Shown piece by piece: positions 14,851-30,911 of a DNA stretch of 64,000 nucleotides (its first letter is position 1; each line of letters begins with the position of its first letter). This DNA comes from Eledone cirrhosa (taxonomy: Eukaryota): NCBI GenBank assembly GCA_964016885.1, contig OZ024740.1, forward strand, positions 38,130,001 to 38,194,000, written 5' to 3'. The translations under genes were made by a program, and so were the position numbers. A model generated the notes under the pieces. That model had not been told where the DNA came from and searched no databases. It worked only from the letters and a program-made list of their open reading frames with translations.

Positions 14851-14915
14851 TTAGAGCATTGTTGAGGTCCTCAGGGTATAAGAATCAAAGAATTGTCCCA
14901 TTTCAGTAATGAAAA
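14851..14915 (-). CDS. SLC6 transporter, putative terminal coding exon (VFITEMGQFFDSYTLRTSTML*)
   Basis: Strong polypyrimidine tract plus CAG acceptor (AG at 14916-14917); phase 1 matches the donor at 25209; ends in TAA. No homology support, and the intron spans a gap. Confidence 0.5.
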
Positions 14916-14984
14916 CTGAAAAAAGAGAAAACGAAAAGGCTTATGTAAGAAAATAAATAAAATCCACACATTGAAGATGAATGG

Positions 14985-17900
14985 ATATGTAACTACAAAC
15001 AATACTGTGCTGTTATGTAACTATAGACATTTTTTTGTTGTGAATATGTAACTACAAACAATATTGTGTTGTTGATATGTAAATAACAGACAATATTGTG
15101 TTGTTGATATATAAATTCTGACAATGTTATTGATATGTAACTATAGCAATATTGTTGTTGTTGATATGTAACTATAGGCAATATTGTGTTATGAAAATAA
15201 CAGACAATATTGCGTTGATATGTAAACAGACAATATTGTGTTATGTGACTATAGACAATACTGTATTGTTATGTAACTATAGACAATATTGTGTTATGTA
15301 ACTATAGACAATACTGTGTTATGTAACTATAGACAATATTGTGTTGTTATGTAACTATAGACAATAATGTGTTATGTAACTATAGACAATACTGTGTTAT
15401 GTAACTATAGACAATACTGTGTTATGTAACTATAGACAATACTGTGTTATGTAACTATAGACAATACTGTGTTATGTAACTATAGACAATACTGTGGTAT
15501 GTAACTATAGACAATATTGTGTTGTTATGTAACTATAGACAATACTGTGTTATGTAACTATAGACAATATTGTGTTGTTATGTAACTATAGACAATACTG
15601 TGTTATGTAACTATAGACAACACTGTGTTATGTAACTATAGACAATACTGTGTTATGTAACTATAGACAGTATTGTGTTATGTAACTATAGACAATACTG
15701 TGTTATGTAACTATAGACAATACTGTGTTGTTATGTAACTATAGACAATATTGTGTTATGTAACTATAGACAATACTGTGTTATGTAACTATAGACAGTA
15801 TTGTGTTATGTAACTATAGACAATACTGCGTTATGTAACTATAGACAGTATTGTGTTATGTAACTATAGACAATACTGTGTTATGTAACTATAGACAATA
15901 CTGTGTTATGTAACTATAGACAATACTGTGTTGTGTAACTATAGACAATACTGTGTTGTGTAACTATAGACAATACTGTGTTATGTAACTATAGACAATA
16001 CTGTGTTATGTAACTATAGACAATAATGTGTTATGTAACTATAGACAATACTGTGTTATGTAACTATAGACAATACTGTGTTATGTAACTATAGACAATA
16101 CTGTGTTATGTAACTATAGACAATACTGTGTTATGTAACTATAGACAGTGTTGTGTTATGTACCTATAGACAATACTGTGTTATGTAACTATAGACAATA
16201 TTGTGTTATGTAACTATAGACAATACTGTGTTATGTAACTATAGACAATACTGTGTTATGTAACTATAGACAGTGTTGTGTTATGTAACTATAGACAATA
16301 CTGTGTTATGTAACTATAGACAATACTGTGTTATGTAACTATAGACAATATTGTGTTATGTAACTATAGACAGTGTTGTGTTATGTACCTATAGACAATA
16401 CTGTGTTATGTAACTATAGACAATATTGTGTTATGTAACTATAGACAATACTGTGTTATGTAACTATAGACAATACTGTGTTATGTAACTATAGACAGTG
16501 TTGTGTTATGTAACTATAGACAATACTGTGTTATGTAACTATAGACAATACTGTGTTATGTAACTATAGACAATACTGTGTTATGTAACTATAGACAGTG
16601 TTGTGTTATGTACCTATAGACAATACTGTGTTATGTAACTATAGACAATATTGTGTTATGTAACTATAGACAATACTGTGTTATGTAACTATAGACAATA
16701 CTGTATTATGTAACTATAGACAATACTGTGTTATGTAACTATAGACAATACTGTGTTATGTAACTATAGACAATACTGTGTTACGTAACTATAGACAGTA
16801 TTGTGTTATGTAACTATAGACAATACTGTGTTATGTAACTATAGACAATACTGTGTTATGTAACTATAGACAATACTGTGTTATGTAACTATAGACAATA
16901 CTGTGTTATGTAACTATAGACAATACTGCGTTATGTAACTATAGACAGTGTTGTGTTATGTAACTATAGACAATACTATGTTATGTAACTATAGACAGTG
17001 TTGTGTTATGTAACTATAGACAGTGTTGTGTTATGTAACTATAGACAACACTGTGTTATGTAACTATAGACAATACTGTGTTATGTAACTATAGACAATA
17101 CTGTGTTATGTAACTATAGACAATACTGGGTTATGTAACTATAGACAGTGTTGTGTTATGTAACTATAGACAATACTGTGTTATGTAACTATAGACAATA
17201 CTGTGTTGTGTAACTATAGACAATACCGTGTTATGTAACTATAGACAATACTGTGTTATGTAACTATAGACAATACTGTGTTATGTAACTATAGACAATA
17301 CTGTGTTATGTAACTATAGACAGTATTGTGTTATGTAACTATAGACAATACTGTGTTATGTAACTATAGACAATACTGTGTTATGTAACTATAGACAGTA
17401 TTGTGTTATGTAACTATAGACAATACTGTGTTATGTAACTATAGACATTATTGTGTTATGTAACTATAGACAATATTGTGTTATGTAACTATAGACAATA
17501 TTGTGTTGTTATGTAACTATAGACAATACTGTGTTATGTAACTATAGACATTATTGTGTTATGTAACTATAGACAATATTGTGTTATGTAACCATAGACA
17601 ATATTGTGTTATGTAACTATAGACAATATTGTGTTATGTAACTATAGACAATACTGTGTTATGTAACTATAGACATTATTGTGTTATGTAACTATAGACA
17701 ATATTGTGTTATGTAACTATAGACAATACTGTGTTGTTATGTAACTATAGACAATACTGTGTTATGTAACTATAGACAATACTGTGCTATGTAACTATAG
17801 ACAATATTGTGTTATGTAACTATAGACATTATTGTGTTATGTAACTATAGACAATGCTGTGTTATGTAACTATAGACAATACTGTGTTATGTAACTATAG

Positions 17901-19885
17901 ACAATACTGTGTTATGTAACTATAGACAATACTGTATTATGTAACTATAGACAATACTGTGTTATGTAACTATAGACAATACTGTGTTATGTAACTATAG
18001 ACAATACTGTGTTATGTAACTATAGACAATACTGTGTTATGTAACTATAGACAATACTGTGTTATGTAACTATAGACAATACTGTGTTATGTAACTATAG
18101 ACAATACTGTGTTATGTAACTATAGACAATACTGTGTTATGTAACTATAGACAATACTGCGTTATGTAACTATAGACAGTGTTGTGTTATGTAACTATAG
18201 ACAATACTATGTTATGTAACTATAGACAGTGTTGTGTTATGTAACTATAGACAGTGTTGTGTTATGTAACTATAGACAACACTGTGTTATGTAACTATAG
18301 ACAATACTGTGTTATGTAACTATAGACAATACTGTGTTATGTAACTATAGACAATACTGGGTTATGTAACTATAGACAGTGTTGTGTTATGTAACTATAG
18401 ACAATACTGTGTTATGTAACTATAGACAATACTGTGTTGTGTAACTATAGACAATACCGTGTTATGTAACTATAGACAATACTGTGTTATGTAACTATAG
18501 ACAATACTGTGTTATGTAACTATAGACAATACTGTGTTATGTAACTATAGACAGTATTGTGTTATGTAACTATAGACAATACTGTGTTATGTAACTATAG
18601 ACAATACTGTGTTATGTAACTATAGACAGTATTGTGTTATGTAACTATAGACAATACTGTGTTATGTAACTATAGACATTATTGTGTTATGTAACTATAG
18701 ACAATATTGTGTTATGTAACTATAGACAATATTGTGTTGTTATGTAACTATAGACAATACTGTGTTATGTAACTATAGACATTATTGTGTTATGTAACTA
18801 TAGACAATATTGTGTTATGTAACCATAGACAATATTGTGTTATGTAACTATAGACAATATTGTGTTATGTAACTATAGACAATACTGTGTTATGTAACTA
18901 TAGACATTATTGTGTTATGTAACTATAGACAATATTGTGTTATGTAACTATAGACAATACTGTGTTGTTATGTAACTATAGACAATACTGTGTTATGTAA
19001 CTATAGACAATACTGTGCTATGTAACTATAGACAATATTGTGTTATGTAACTATAGACATTATTGTGTTATGTAACTATAGACAATGCTGTGTTATGTAA
19101 CTATAGACAATACTGTGTTATGTAACTATAGACAATACTGTGTTATGTAACTATAGACAATACTGTATTATGTAACTATAGACAATACTGTGTTATGTAA
19201 CTATAGACAATACTGTGTTATGTAACTATAGACAATACTGTGTTATGTAACTATAGACAATACTGTGTTATGTAACTATAGACAATACTGTGTTATGTAA
19301 CTATAGACAATACTGTGTTATGTAACTATAGACAATACTGTGTTATGTAACTATAGACAATGCTGTGTTATGTAACTATAGACAATATTGTGTTATGTAA
19401 CTATAGACAATACTCTGTTATGTAACTATAGACAATATTGTGTTGTTATGTAACTATAGACAATACTGTGTTATGTAACTATAGACAATATTGTGTTATG
19501 TAACTATAGACAATACTGTGTTATGTAACTATAGACAGTGTTGTGTTATGTAACTATAGACAATACTGTGTTATGTAACTATAGACAGTGTTGTGTGATG
19601 TAACTATAGACAGCACTGTGTTATGTAACAATAGACAATACTGTGTTATGTAACTATAGGCAATATTGTGTTGTTATGCAACTATAGACAATATTGTGTT
19701 GTTATGTAACTATAGACAATGATGTGTTGTTATGTAACTATAGACAATATTGTGTTGTTATGTAACTACAGACAATACTGTGTTATGTAACTATAGACAA
19801 TACTGTGTTATGTAACTATAGACAATATTGTGTTATGTAACTTTTGACAATATTGTGTTATGTAACTATAGACAATATTGTGGTT
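14985..19885. repeat. 25-bp satellite (TAACTATAGACAATACTGTGTTATG)n, ~190 units, with 28-bp variants and degenerate edges
   Basis: Directly visible tandem units. Confidence 0.97.
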
Positions 19886-19954
19886 TTGCAACTTGATCTC
19901 AAAGACATTCTCACAAAATCAATATCACAGACAGCTCCCGGTAGTTGCTCCATG

Positions 19955-20340
19955 CTCTGTTTAAAATCCTGAACTTCTTCCATCCTGTTCTCACACTGAC
20001 TACAACACATTCTGCACATTCACCTGCACTGCTAATGAGGTCACCTAGATAGCAAAAGCTATCTACTACTTCTTCAACTTTCTGAGCAGGGGGAGGACGT
20101 ATTTCTCGAAAATTTTCACTGTTGACTATTTGTGTACACCTGTCACATATGAAGTCTACCTTCTTTGTCAACTTACCTGTGGTTCCACTATATCGCTTGT
20201 GTCACCACTGTATAGAGTTTCCATCTACAACTTTTCTACATATTGAAAATAACTGATAGTTGCAGTCTTATCCTTTGCCTTTCTTAAAACTTTAGTATTT
20301 GCTAGGTTTAATTTGAAGCACTTTAATTCCAGATTGTTCA
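19955..20340 (-). mobile_element. Degenerate RTE LINE fragment
   Basis: ORF 19911-20171 has VVDSFCYLGD..RTGWKKF, matching the RTE copies at 32-36 kb. Confidence 0.75.
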
Positions 20341-20363
20341 CACAAACAGAAATGTATATATAT

Positions 20364-21682
<1,319 letters not shown>

Positions 21683-21939
21683 TATATATATAAACTCTGG
21701 AGAAAAAAACCTGCATCTTTGGAAGCATCCGATGATGTTGACCAGTTCTCCTTTTTGGGTAATGTTTGAGATACTCAGAGAGTGGGATTGGTTGAGTGCA
21801 AGGCCTTCCCCACTTAAAAAAACCTTCAAAGCACAGGCATTGCTTGTGTAGGGTCTGTTACAGGTTTTTGTGACTGGCTGTAGCCTAAAAGTACACCAAA
21901 CTCTATAACCTGACAAGCGATTGCAGTACCTTTAGCAGG

Positions 21940-24135
<2,196 letters not shown>

Positions 24136-24235
24136 TGAACGCGTCCGCACCCAACTGTGAGTTAAGGGTGCCAACTTCACCGATGTTGCTCAATGAATGA
24201 CTGGGACAGACCAATTCAGTTGAACCAGACTGAAC

Positions 24236-24435
24236 NNNNNNNNNNNNNNNNNNNNNNNNNNNNNNNNNNNNNNNNNNNNNNNNNNNNNNNNNNNNNNNNN
24301 NNNNNNNNNNNNNNNNNNNNNNNNNNNNNNNNNNNNNNNNNNNNNNNNNNNNNNNNNNNNNNNNNNNNNNNNNNNNNNNNNNNNNNNNNNNNNNNNNNNN
24401 NNNNNNNNNNNNNNNNNNNNNNNNNNNNNNNNNNN
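24236..24435. other. Assembly gap (200 N)
   Basis: Run of N. Confidence 1.
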
Positions 24436-24482
24436 AGAGAGTAAGAGAGACACACTAAGGCATAAGGCATATACACACAATC

Positions 24483-24518
<36 letters not shown>

Positions 24519-24799
24519 TGATTATAGTTGTTACAGTTATCAAAGATGTTTCTGAAGATCTTGATTAGTTGATGAAAGAAAATTATTTTATTTTATCGGC
24601 CCCGTAAGGATGAAAGGCAAAAGCTTACCTCAACAGGATTTGAACTTAGAATGTGAAGAGCCAAAACTATATGCCATAAAGCTGTCCAATGCTTTACCAA
24701 TACTGTCAATCCCCTACCTATAGTGTCAACTTAATAATTGTTTCTATATTTGGCCAAAGGCCAGCAACTTGAAGGGAATGGAAAGTTGATTAGTTTTAA

Positions 24800-25020
24800 C
24801 TTAATGATTTCTACTATAGGCACAAGGTCAGCAATTTTGAGGGAGGGGGAAGTCTATTAAATTGACCTCAGTGCATTACTGGTACTTTATTTTATCGACC
24901 CCGTAAGGATGAAAGGCAAAGCTAACCTTGGTAGGATTTAAACTCAGAACGTAAAGGGCCGTAACTATGCTGCAAAGCATGTTGTCCAACGCTGTACCGA
25001 TACTGCCAATCCACCGCTCT
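24800..25020 (-). mobile_element. tRNA-derived SINE (same family as 43459-43646); other copies at ~13380-13600, 24585-24720, 25840-26010, 47060-47265, 47561-47745, 47860-48075
   Basis: Reverse complement of CTGAGTTCAAATCC..TTTGCCTTTCATCCTTACGGGGTCGATAAAATAAAGTACCAG. Confidence 0.8.
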
Positions 25021-25209
25021 GTTTCAACTTAATAATAAAAGTTAAACATTCAATTACTGAAATCTACAAAAACTTTACTAATACATTCTTGGAAGAGAAA
25101 TTATATGTGCACAAGTGTATTTAAAATAAAAGCTTATAGAAACTAATATGCATGCATAATGGCAAGAGGAAAAAATAAACACCTAGTTGTAGATGTTTTG
25201 AAATCTTAC

Positions 25210-25360
25210 CTGACACAGAAGAGATTGGTAATTTCTCTACCCCAAATCCACTAAAAGATCCTGAGCAAGTGAACACTGTTGGTACATACTCTATATGTTC
25301 CCAATGTTTCTCAAGAGCTGGGCCCCAATCAGCTTCAGGTTGACAAAGGAACTGTAGTCT
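25210..25360 (-). CDS. SLC6 transporter exon, C-terminal tail (RLQFLCQPEADWGPALEKHW...)
   Basis: cag/gtaag borders; DWGPAL motif typical of the SLC6 amino-acid/GlyT C-terminus; 151 bp, phase 0 to 1. Confidence 0.92.
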
Positions 25361-26099
25361 CTGTGGTAAGGGAGTTTTTAAGTGAATGTTATTGTAAAGA
25401 TATCATCATCATATGTTGTTTTTTTCCATTTATAAAATAAGGTTAAATTATTTGTAAATAAAAATATTGACAGCTGTTTGGTAAAAATAAACTTGAAATA
25501 TTTTATTTTTATCCCTGAATTATAGAGATCCATTTTATAGATAAGATGTTACTAGTTCAGACTAGTAAAAATCATGATTGAACTTAATATTCCATATTTT
25601 AAAGAAAGTAAAGTGTAGACAGTATTTAAAAACATGCAAGCCTTAGAGTCAAGCTTAACTTTTGATGATTGAGTGGGAATTCCTACTTTTCCATTAAAAC
25701 GGTGTAAGCTTGACTGTAAGGCATACATATTTTTAAATGATAAGGGATATATTTTATATAAATGAAAGCTATTAATTTTGTAAAATACAACTAAGAAAGT
25801 TTCACAAGTGAAATTACTTTTGATACAATTAATAATTTCTAACTTAGGCACAAGGCTATATATTTTGGGAGAGAGCCCAGTTGATTAAATTCACCCCAAT
25901 ACTTGATGACTAGTACTAATCTTATCAATTATGGAAAGATAAAATGCAAAGGTGAGCTTAGAAGGATTTAAACCCATAACCAAAAGTGTCGCACATGAAA
26001 TACCTTGTATTTAATTAATTAATTAATGAAGAATTTCAAGAAGTTTACTAAAATTATTAATTATTTCATTGTTACAATAGTATTGATAATGTAATTTAA

Positions 26100-26861
26100 C
26101 CCTTCAGCATTTAAACCGGCTGTCTCCAGCCAGAATTCTCTCACCTCTTTCTGTTCAAACTAACCATAACCAGCTGCTCATATTTATGTTATGGTATTGT
26201 TTTCAAAATAAATAATATCAAAATCTAGAATAAGGACGGGTTGGAAGAAGTTTAGGGAGCTGCTTCCTCTGTTGACGAAGAAGGGTTTCTCCCTGCGTAC
26301 GAAAGGCCGGTTGTATGATGCCTGTGTGAAGAGCGCGATGCTGCATAGTATTGAAACATGGGCAGCAACTGCAGAGGATATGCGACGGCTGGAGAGAAAT
26401 GAGGCAAGCATGCTCCGTTGGATGTGCAGTGTAAATGTATGTGAATGACCCAGCATAAATGTGTTGAGAGAGAAACTGTCTCTGAGAGGGATAGAATGTA
26501 GTGTACGGGAGAGGAGACTGAGGTGGTATGGACATGTGATGCGCATGGAGGATGACCGATGGGTGAAGAAGTGCCAGGAAATGCCGTTGAAGGAAGACGT
26601 GGTAGAGGTAGACCACGAAAAACATGAGCGGAGGTGGTGAGAACAGACCTCAGATCATTGAAGCTCACGGTGGAGATGACGAAGGACCGTGACGAGTGGA
26701 GAGATGCTGTGCTGAATAAGACCCATCCCACCCTTGCAAGCAGGGAAAAGCGGACGTAAAATGATGATGATGATGATGATGTAGATTTGATATGATGTGA
26801 AATACAATAGTATATATAATATAGAAAATACAATAGTATATATAATGTAAATGCTAAAGGG
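26100..26861. mobile_element. piggyBac-like MITE interrupted by an RTE fragment; other copies 43363-43772, 46388-46605, 49122-49338
   Basis: TIRs CCCTT(T/C)AGCATTTA and TAAATGCTAAAGGG flanked by TTAA on both sides. Confidence 0.8.
26222..26781 (+). mobile_element. RTE LINE family 1, 3' fragment with (GAT)n tail
   Basis: Encodes RTGWKKFRELLPLL..MLH..ETW..RLRWYGHVMR; highly similar to 32344-32895 in inverted orientation. Confidence 0.9.
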
Positions 26862-27447
26862 TTAATAAAAAGTTCTAATTTCAATTAATGCTGGAATATT
26901 TAAATTTAAATAGGAACCCTTAAAATGAGTAGTTCTGTTGCCTAGAACCAGAGGCAGTTTAGTCCGGTTGGTATTAAAAGAGATAAGTACCAGAAAGTCA
27001 CTTGTCTGGTGTTCTGCCAATTTTGGCAATCCACTGCAATTATTTTTAATAGAATTACTACAATTAATACAATTTCTATAACTACCATCATTTAACATCC
27101 CCTTCTCCTGCTAGCAGGGGTTGGTTAAGTTGTTACAGACCAAATCAGTACTTAATTGGAGTTACTGATCTTTTGCATGTGTACTCACACACAACAGAGT
27201 GCATTGGGTGCGTTTTATCAAGGCACCAGCACTAGAGAGGTCATCATGACTTTCACACTACTGAAGAGTCCTCTCTATTCTTTATTTGGCAAATTTTCTA
27301 TAGCTGGATGCCCTTCCTAACATCAACCATTTTACAGAGTCTATTGAATGCTTTTTATTGTGGCACCAAACACTAGAGAGATTGCTGTGACTATAACACA
27401 ACTGAAGTAAATGTATATAAAAGGAAAAGGAAAAATATTTAACATAC

Positions 27448-27621
27448 CTCCTTGAATGTTCCTTCAGCAGAAATTAGTTTGGTAATCATACAGAATGGGA
27501 TTGAAATAATTGGAATTGCCATGATAACAAATGATGCTAAATCTGACCAATATGGATAAGCTGAGGAGAGGAACTTTTCAGCCAATGGTTTGTAGTCTAC
27601 TACAGAGAAGATTAGCACAAA
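27448..27621 (-). CDS. SLC6 transporter exon, TM11 end and TM12 (FVLIFSVVDYKP...YPYWS...AEGTFKE)
   Basis: cag/gtatgt borders, 174 bp, phase 0/0; YP.W and IP motifs. Confidence 0.93.
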
Positions 27622-27936
27622 CTGTTGAGAAGAAAGCAAAAAATTAAAAAGAAATTACATGTTTTTATCATATATATATATATATATCAGTCCTATGCGA
27701 GCAAGACAATCACTCTTGCCTCAAGTGGGACTACCCCCGTCCAAACCCATGCAAGCGTGGAACACGGACGTTAAACGTTGATGATGATGATGATGATGAT
27801 GATATATATATATATAAACAAAAATTAGAATTTGATAGCAGGTTCATATGAGATTCGTTTGCAAACAAACAGCCTCATTACGCTATGTTTTTTTATGGCC
27901 ACTGTCATCCATTCATTCTAGAAGTGGAATCATGGA

Positions 27937-27979
27937 ACAGTCAACATATTTCTGGGTTATTGCCCTTTGTCAAGACTGT
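27937..27979 (-). ncRNA. Minimal type I hammerhead ribozyme-like motif (Penelope-type)
   Basis: Minus strand ACAGTC-TTGACAA-aGGGcaataaCCCa-GAAA-tatg-TT-GACTGT: 6-bp stem I, U3-A8 core variant, short stem II. A second copy lies at 28273-28309. Confidence 0.5.
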
Positions 27980-28786
27980 GTACCTCTCTGCTACTTGTCT
28001 GAACTATTGAAAATATATAGTATTTTCTAAATTATACATCAGTGATTAGCCTCATTTGCATACCGAGCGATTATATGGCTGGCTTTGCCGAAAATTAAAA
28101 ACAAAATTAGAATTTGATTCCTCACTCACGTAGTGGGTTACATAAATGCATTTATGAGTTTTATATTGAATAATAATAATAATATTTGATTCGTTTGCAA
28201 GCAATCAGTCTCATTATGCTATGTTTTTTGATGACCACCATCATCCGTTGATTCTAGCAGTGGCATCAAGGAACAATCAACATGTTTCTGGGTTATTGCC
28301 CTTTGTCAAACATGTTAACTGTTCCACGATACCACTGCTAGAACGATTTAACATCAAGAATCTTGCAGAACAAATATATATATAATATGGAAAATGAAGA
28401 ATCAGTGATGCATCGGAACACAATTTATTACGTATTACAATTGTTTCTCCAGTGAACAGCTTGAAGTGCGATCTATTTGTGGATCGAACCTGACTCTGGA
28501 TTTGCAAGTTCCTCAGATACGTCTAGTGATTTCAAAGCAAATCCTCTTTCATACTCTGCTCCAAAGGAGCATAGAGTGCTCAACTGGCATACCGCCTATG
28601 GACGCATCCAAGCAACCTTACTATAAATATATATATATATAATAATAATAATATAATTTAAAGTTATATATACACTATATACAACTATAAACAGGAAAGG
28701 TCAGTAACTCATTACTACCTTATTACCAGTAAGAAAAATAGCTCAATGTAAATACATCAAATGTTTTACAGAGCAGGAATATAAAT

Positions 28787-29279
28787 TATAAATTACACAA
28801 TAATCAAAACTATGTTCAAATCATTTTATTGCTGACAATCGTTTCTTCCAAACTTTTGTTTGGAATCATTGGAGCACTAGCAAAGTTTGGACATATAATT
28901 AACTTCCTATTCAACTGATACATGGATATTAATGTTGTGATCAACAGTTTCGTATTTACACTCGCAGTTACGCATTTGCACTCTCTATATGCTTGCATAT
29001 GTACTGCTAGTGTCCTCGTTTTACGAGTAACTTTCTACCTTAATGCCTCTTTAATTATTATACTATTCCCTTGTAATCTCTGTCGCATGCATTCCACTCT
29101 GTAAATACAAAACTGTTGATGACAACATTAATATCCATGTATCTATATGATTATTCAGTTGAATAGGAAGTTAATTATATGTCTAAACTTTGCTAGTGCT
29201 CCGATGATTCCAAACTTTCATTTGGAAGAAACGATGGTCAGCAATAAAATGATTTGAACATAGTTTTGATTATTGTGTA

Positions 29280-29286
<7 letters not shown>
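28787..29286. repeat. Long inverted repeat (~175-185 bp arms, ~140 bp spacer) with hammerhead motifs in both arms
   Basis: 28787-28960 is the near reverse complement of 29100-29286. Confidence 0.92.
29197..29243 (+). ncRNA. Minimal type I hammerhead ribozyme-like motif
   Basis: TGCT-CCGATGA-TTCCAAActttcaTTTGGAA-GAAA-C-gatg-GTC-AGCA: stem I, U4C core variant, 7-bp stem II, GUC cleavage triplet. Confidence 0.6.
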
Positions 29287-29334
<48 letters not shown>

Positions 29335-29396
29335 TATATTTATTAAAATAACAGATCGAGCCCTCTTTGGATTTTAGTCTTCAAATTTATTATTAT

Positions 29397-29453
<57 letters not shown>

Positions 29454-29590
29454 GAGAGAGAGAGAAAAAGAAAGAGGTTAGATAGATAGGGAGAGACAGA
29501 CAAATAGAGATATCTGTAAAATGATTCTTCTTTAAAATAGAAATACTGTGGTATGCTGAAATATAATTAGAAAGTAATTTCTCTACTAAC

Positions 29591-29788
29591 CAGAAGTGTA
29601 ATTGGAGAAATACCCATCCATAATATTTTCCAAAACCAGCTGACTTTGTGTTGAATCATATGTGTGATGTTAGCACAGAAGCGTTTCACTCGATAAACCC
29701 ATGCTATTGCTACACACATACAGATACCAATGATCATTACTGGGAAACCTGTACATTCATCCATCACTTGTAAAATATAAAGTCCTCC
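29591..29788 (-). CDS. SLC6 transporter exon, TM10-TM11 (GGLYILQVMD...WVYRVKRF...W..ISP)
   Basis: cag/gttagt borders, 198 bp, phase 0/0. Confidence 0.95.
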
Positions 29789-30436
29789 CTGAAAAGCAAA
29801 TGTGTTATTATTAATATAATTTAACCCATTCATATTGAAACATAAAGGTAGTGTATTTACACTATCTTTATGTTTTAATTAATTTCGAAAATAATCTAGA
29901 ATTTGGAAGAATTTTGTAAAATAACTAACTTTTTTGTTATTGTGCTATATTTGGAGCACTACTTAATGAAGGTTTTTTCATGAGATTAAGATGAAAGGTT
30001 TTAATATAAGTATGAACATTTTAAAAGGAACAAGTTTATATCATAAAACCTGGGGTGGTGTCAGGAGTTTCAGACAGGTTGGTATGAATGAATAGCTCAA
30101 ATAAAAGATTAGATAATTAAATACTGATTTTATATACCATATATACTTGAATATATGCCAATCTCAAATATGAGTTGAGCCCCTATTTTCTGTCTGAGAT
30201 ATATAAGCCAAGGTAGGTAATAAATACATTATGTTTAGATGGTGCAGTTTTAAAATTCTCATGAAGGTTTACTAGTTTGATATTTAAAATGTTTTAAGTG
30301 TCATTATGTAATGATTTTTAACCAATTTCTGACCATTTTAAAGGCCATATTCATTCAAAATATATGAAAAACCATAGGAAATACGAATGAGGTTGTAGAG
30401 TATGGTTATAAGAATGAGTCAGGACCCCCAACAGTT

Positions 30437-30628
30437 GAGCTCTTGCTGTTTCAACAACTAGTTCCAGACTGAATTGCCAATGCATTAGAGGTTAAGTTGC
30501 TGTTTCATCAGGAGGAATCAATTAGTCCAAATAAGAGCATTAATTGATATCTCCTGATGAAACAGCAACTTCACCGCCAACACATTGGCAATTCAGTCTT
30601 TAACTAGCAATTGAAACGGCAAGAGCTC
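30437..30628. repeat. ~190-nt fold-back hairpin close to a splice donor
   Basis: Arms GAGCTCTTGC..GTTGCTGTTTCATCAGGAG and CTCCTGATGAAACAGCAAC..GCAAGAGCTC around a short loop. Confidence 0.9.
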
Positions 30629-30666
30629 GGCATATATATATATATATATGTGTGTGTGTGTCTTAC

Positions 30667-30911
30667 CTCTGTAGTCATAGGTAAACCCAAGAAGTACAGT
30701 AATGTACAGACAATAAATAACACAGTGACTCTCTTTTTACGTAAAACTTCAATTTTTTCATCAATAATAGCAGTAACCACAGTTTCGACCACAGTAATTT
30801 CTGTGCTTAAACCCATCATAACTAACATCAGAAAGAAAAGTATCGCCCACAGTGGTGCTGCTGGAAGATATGTAAGGGCGGCAGGATAAGCTGTGAAGGC
30901 AAGACCAACAT
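30667..30911 (-). CDS. SLC6 transporter exon, EL4-TM8-TM9 (DVGLAFTAYPAAL...FFLMLVMMGLSTE...LPMTTE)
   Basis: cag/gtaag borders, 245 bp, phase 1 to 0; GLAF..YP motif. Confidence 0.96.

Noticed and set aside
29690-29692. Gly-to-Arg in WVYR as an A-to-I restorable site
   Set aside because: The codon is CGA; A-to-I editing cannot turn it into Gly.
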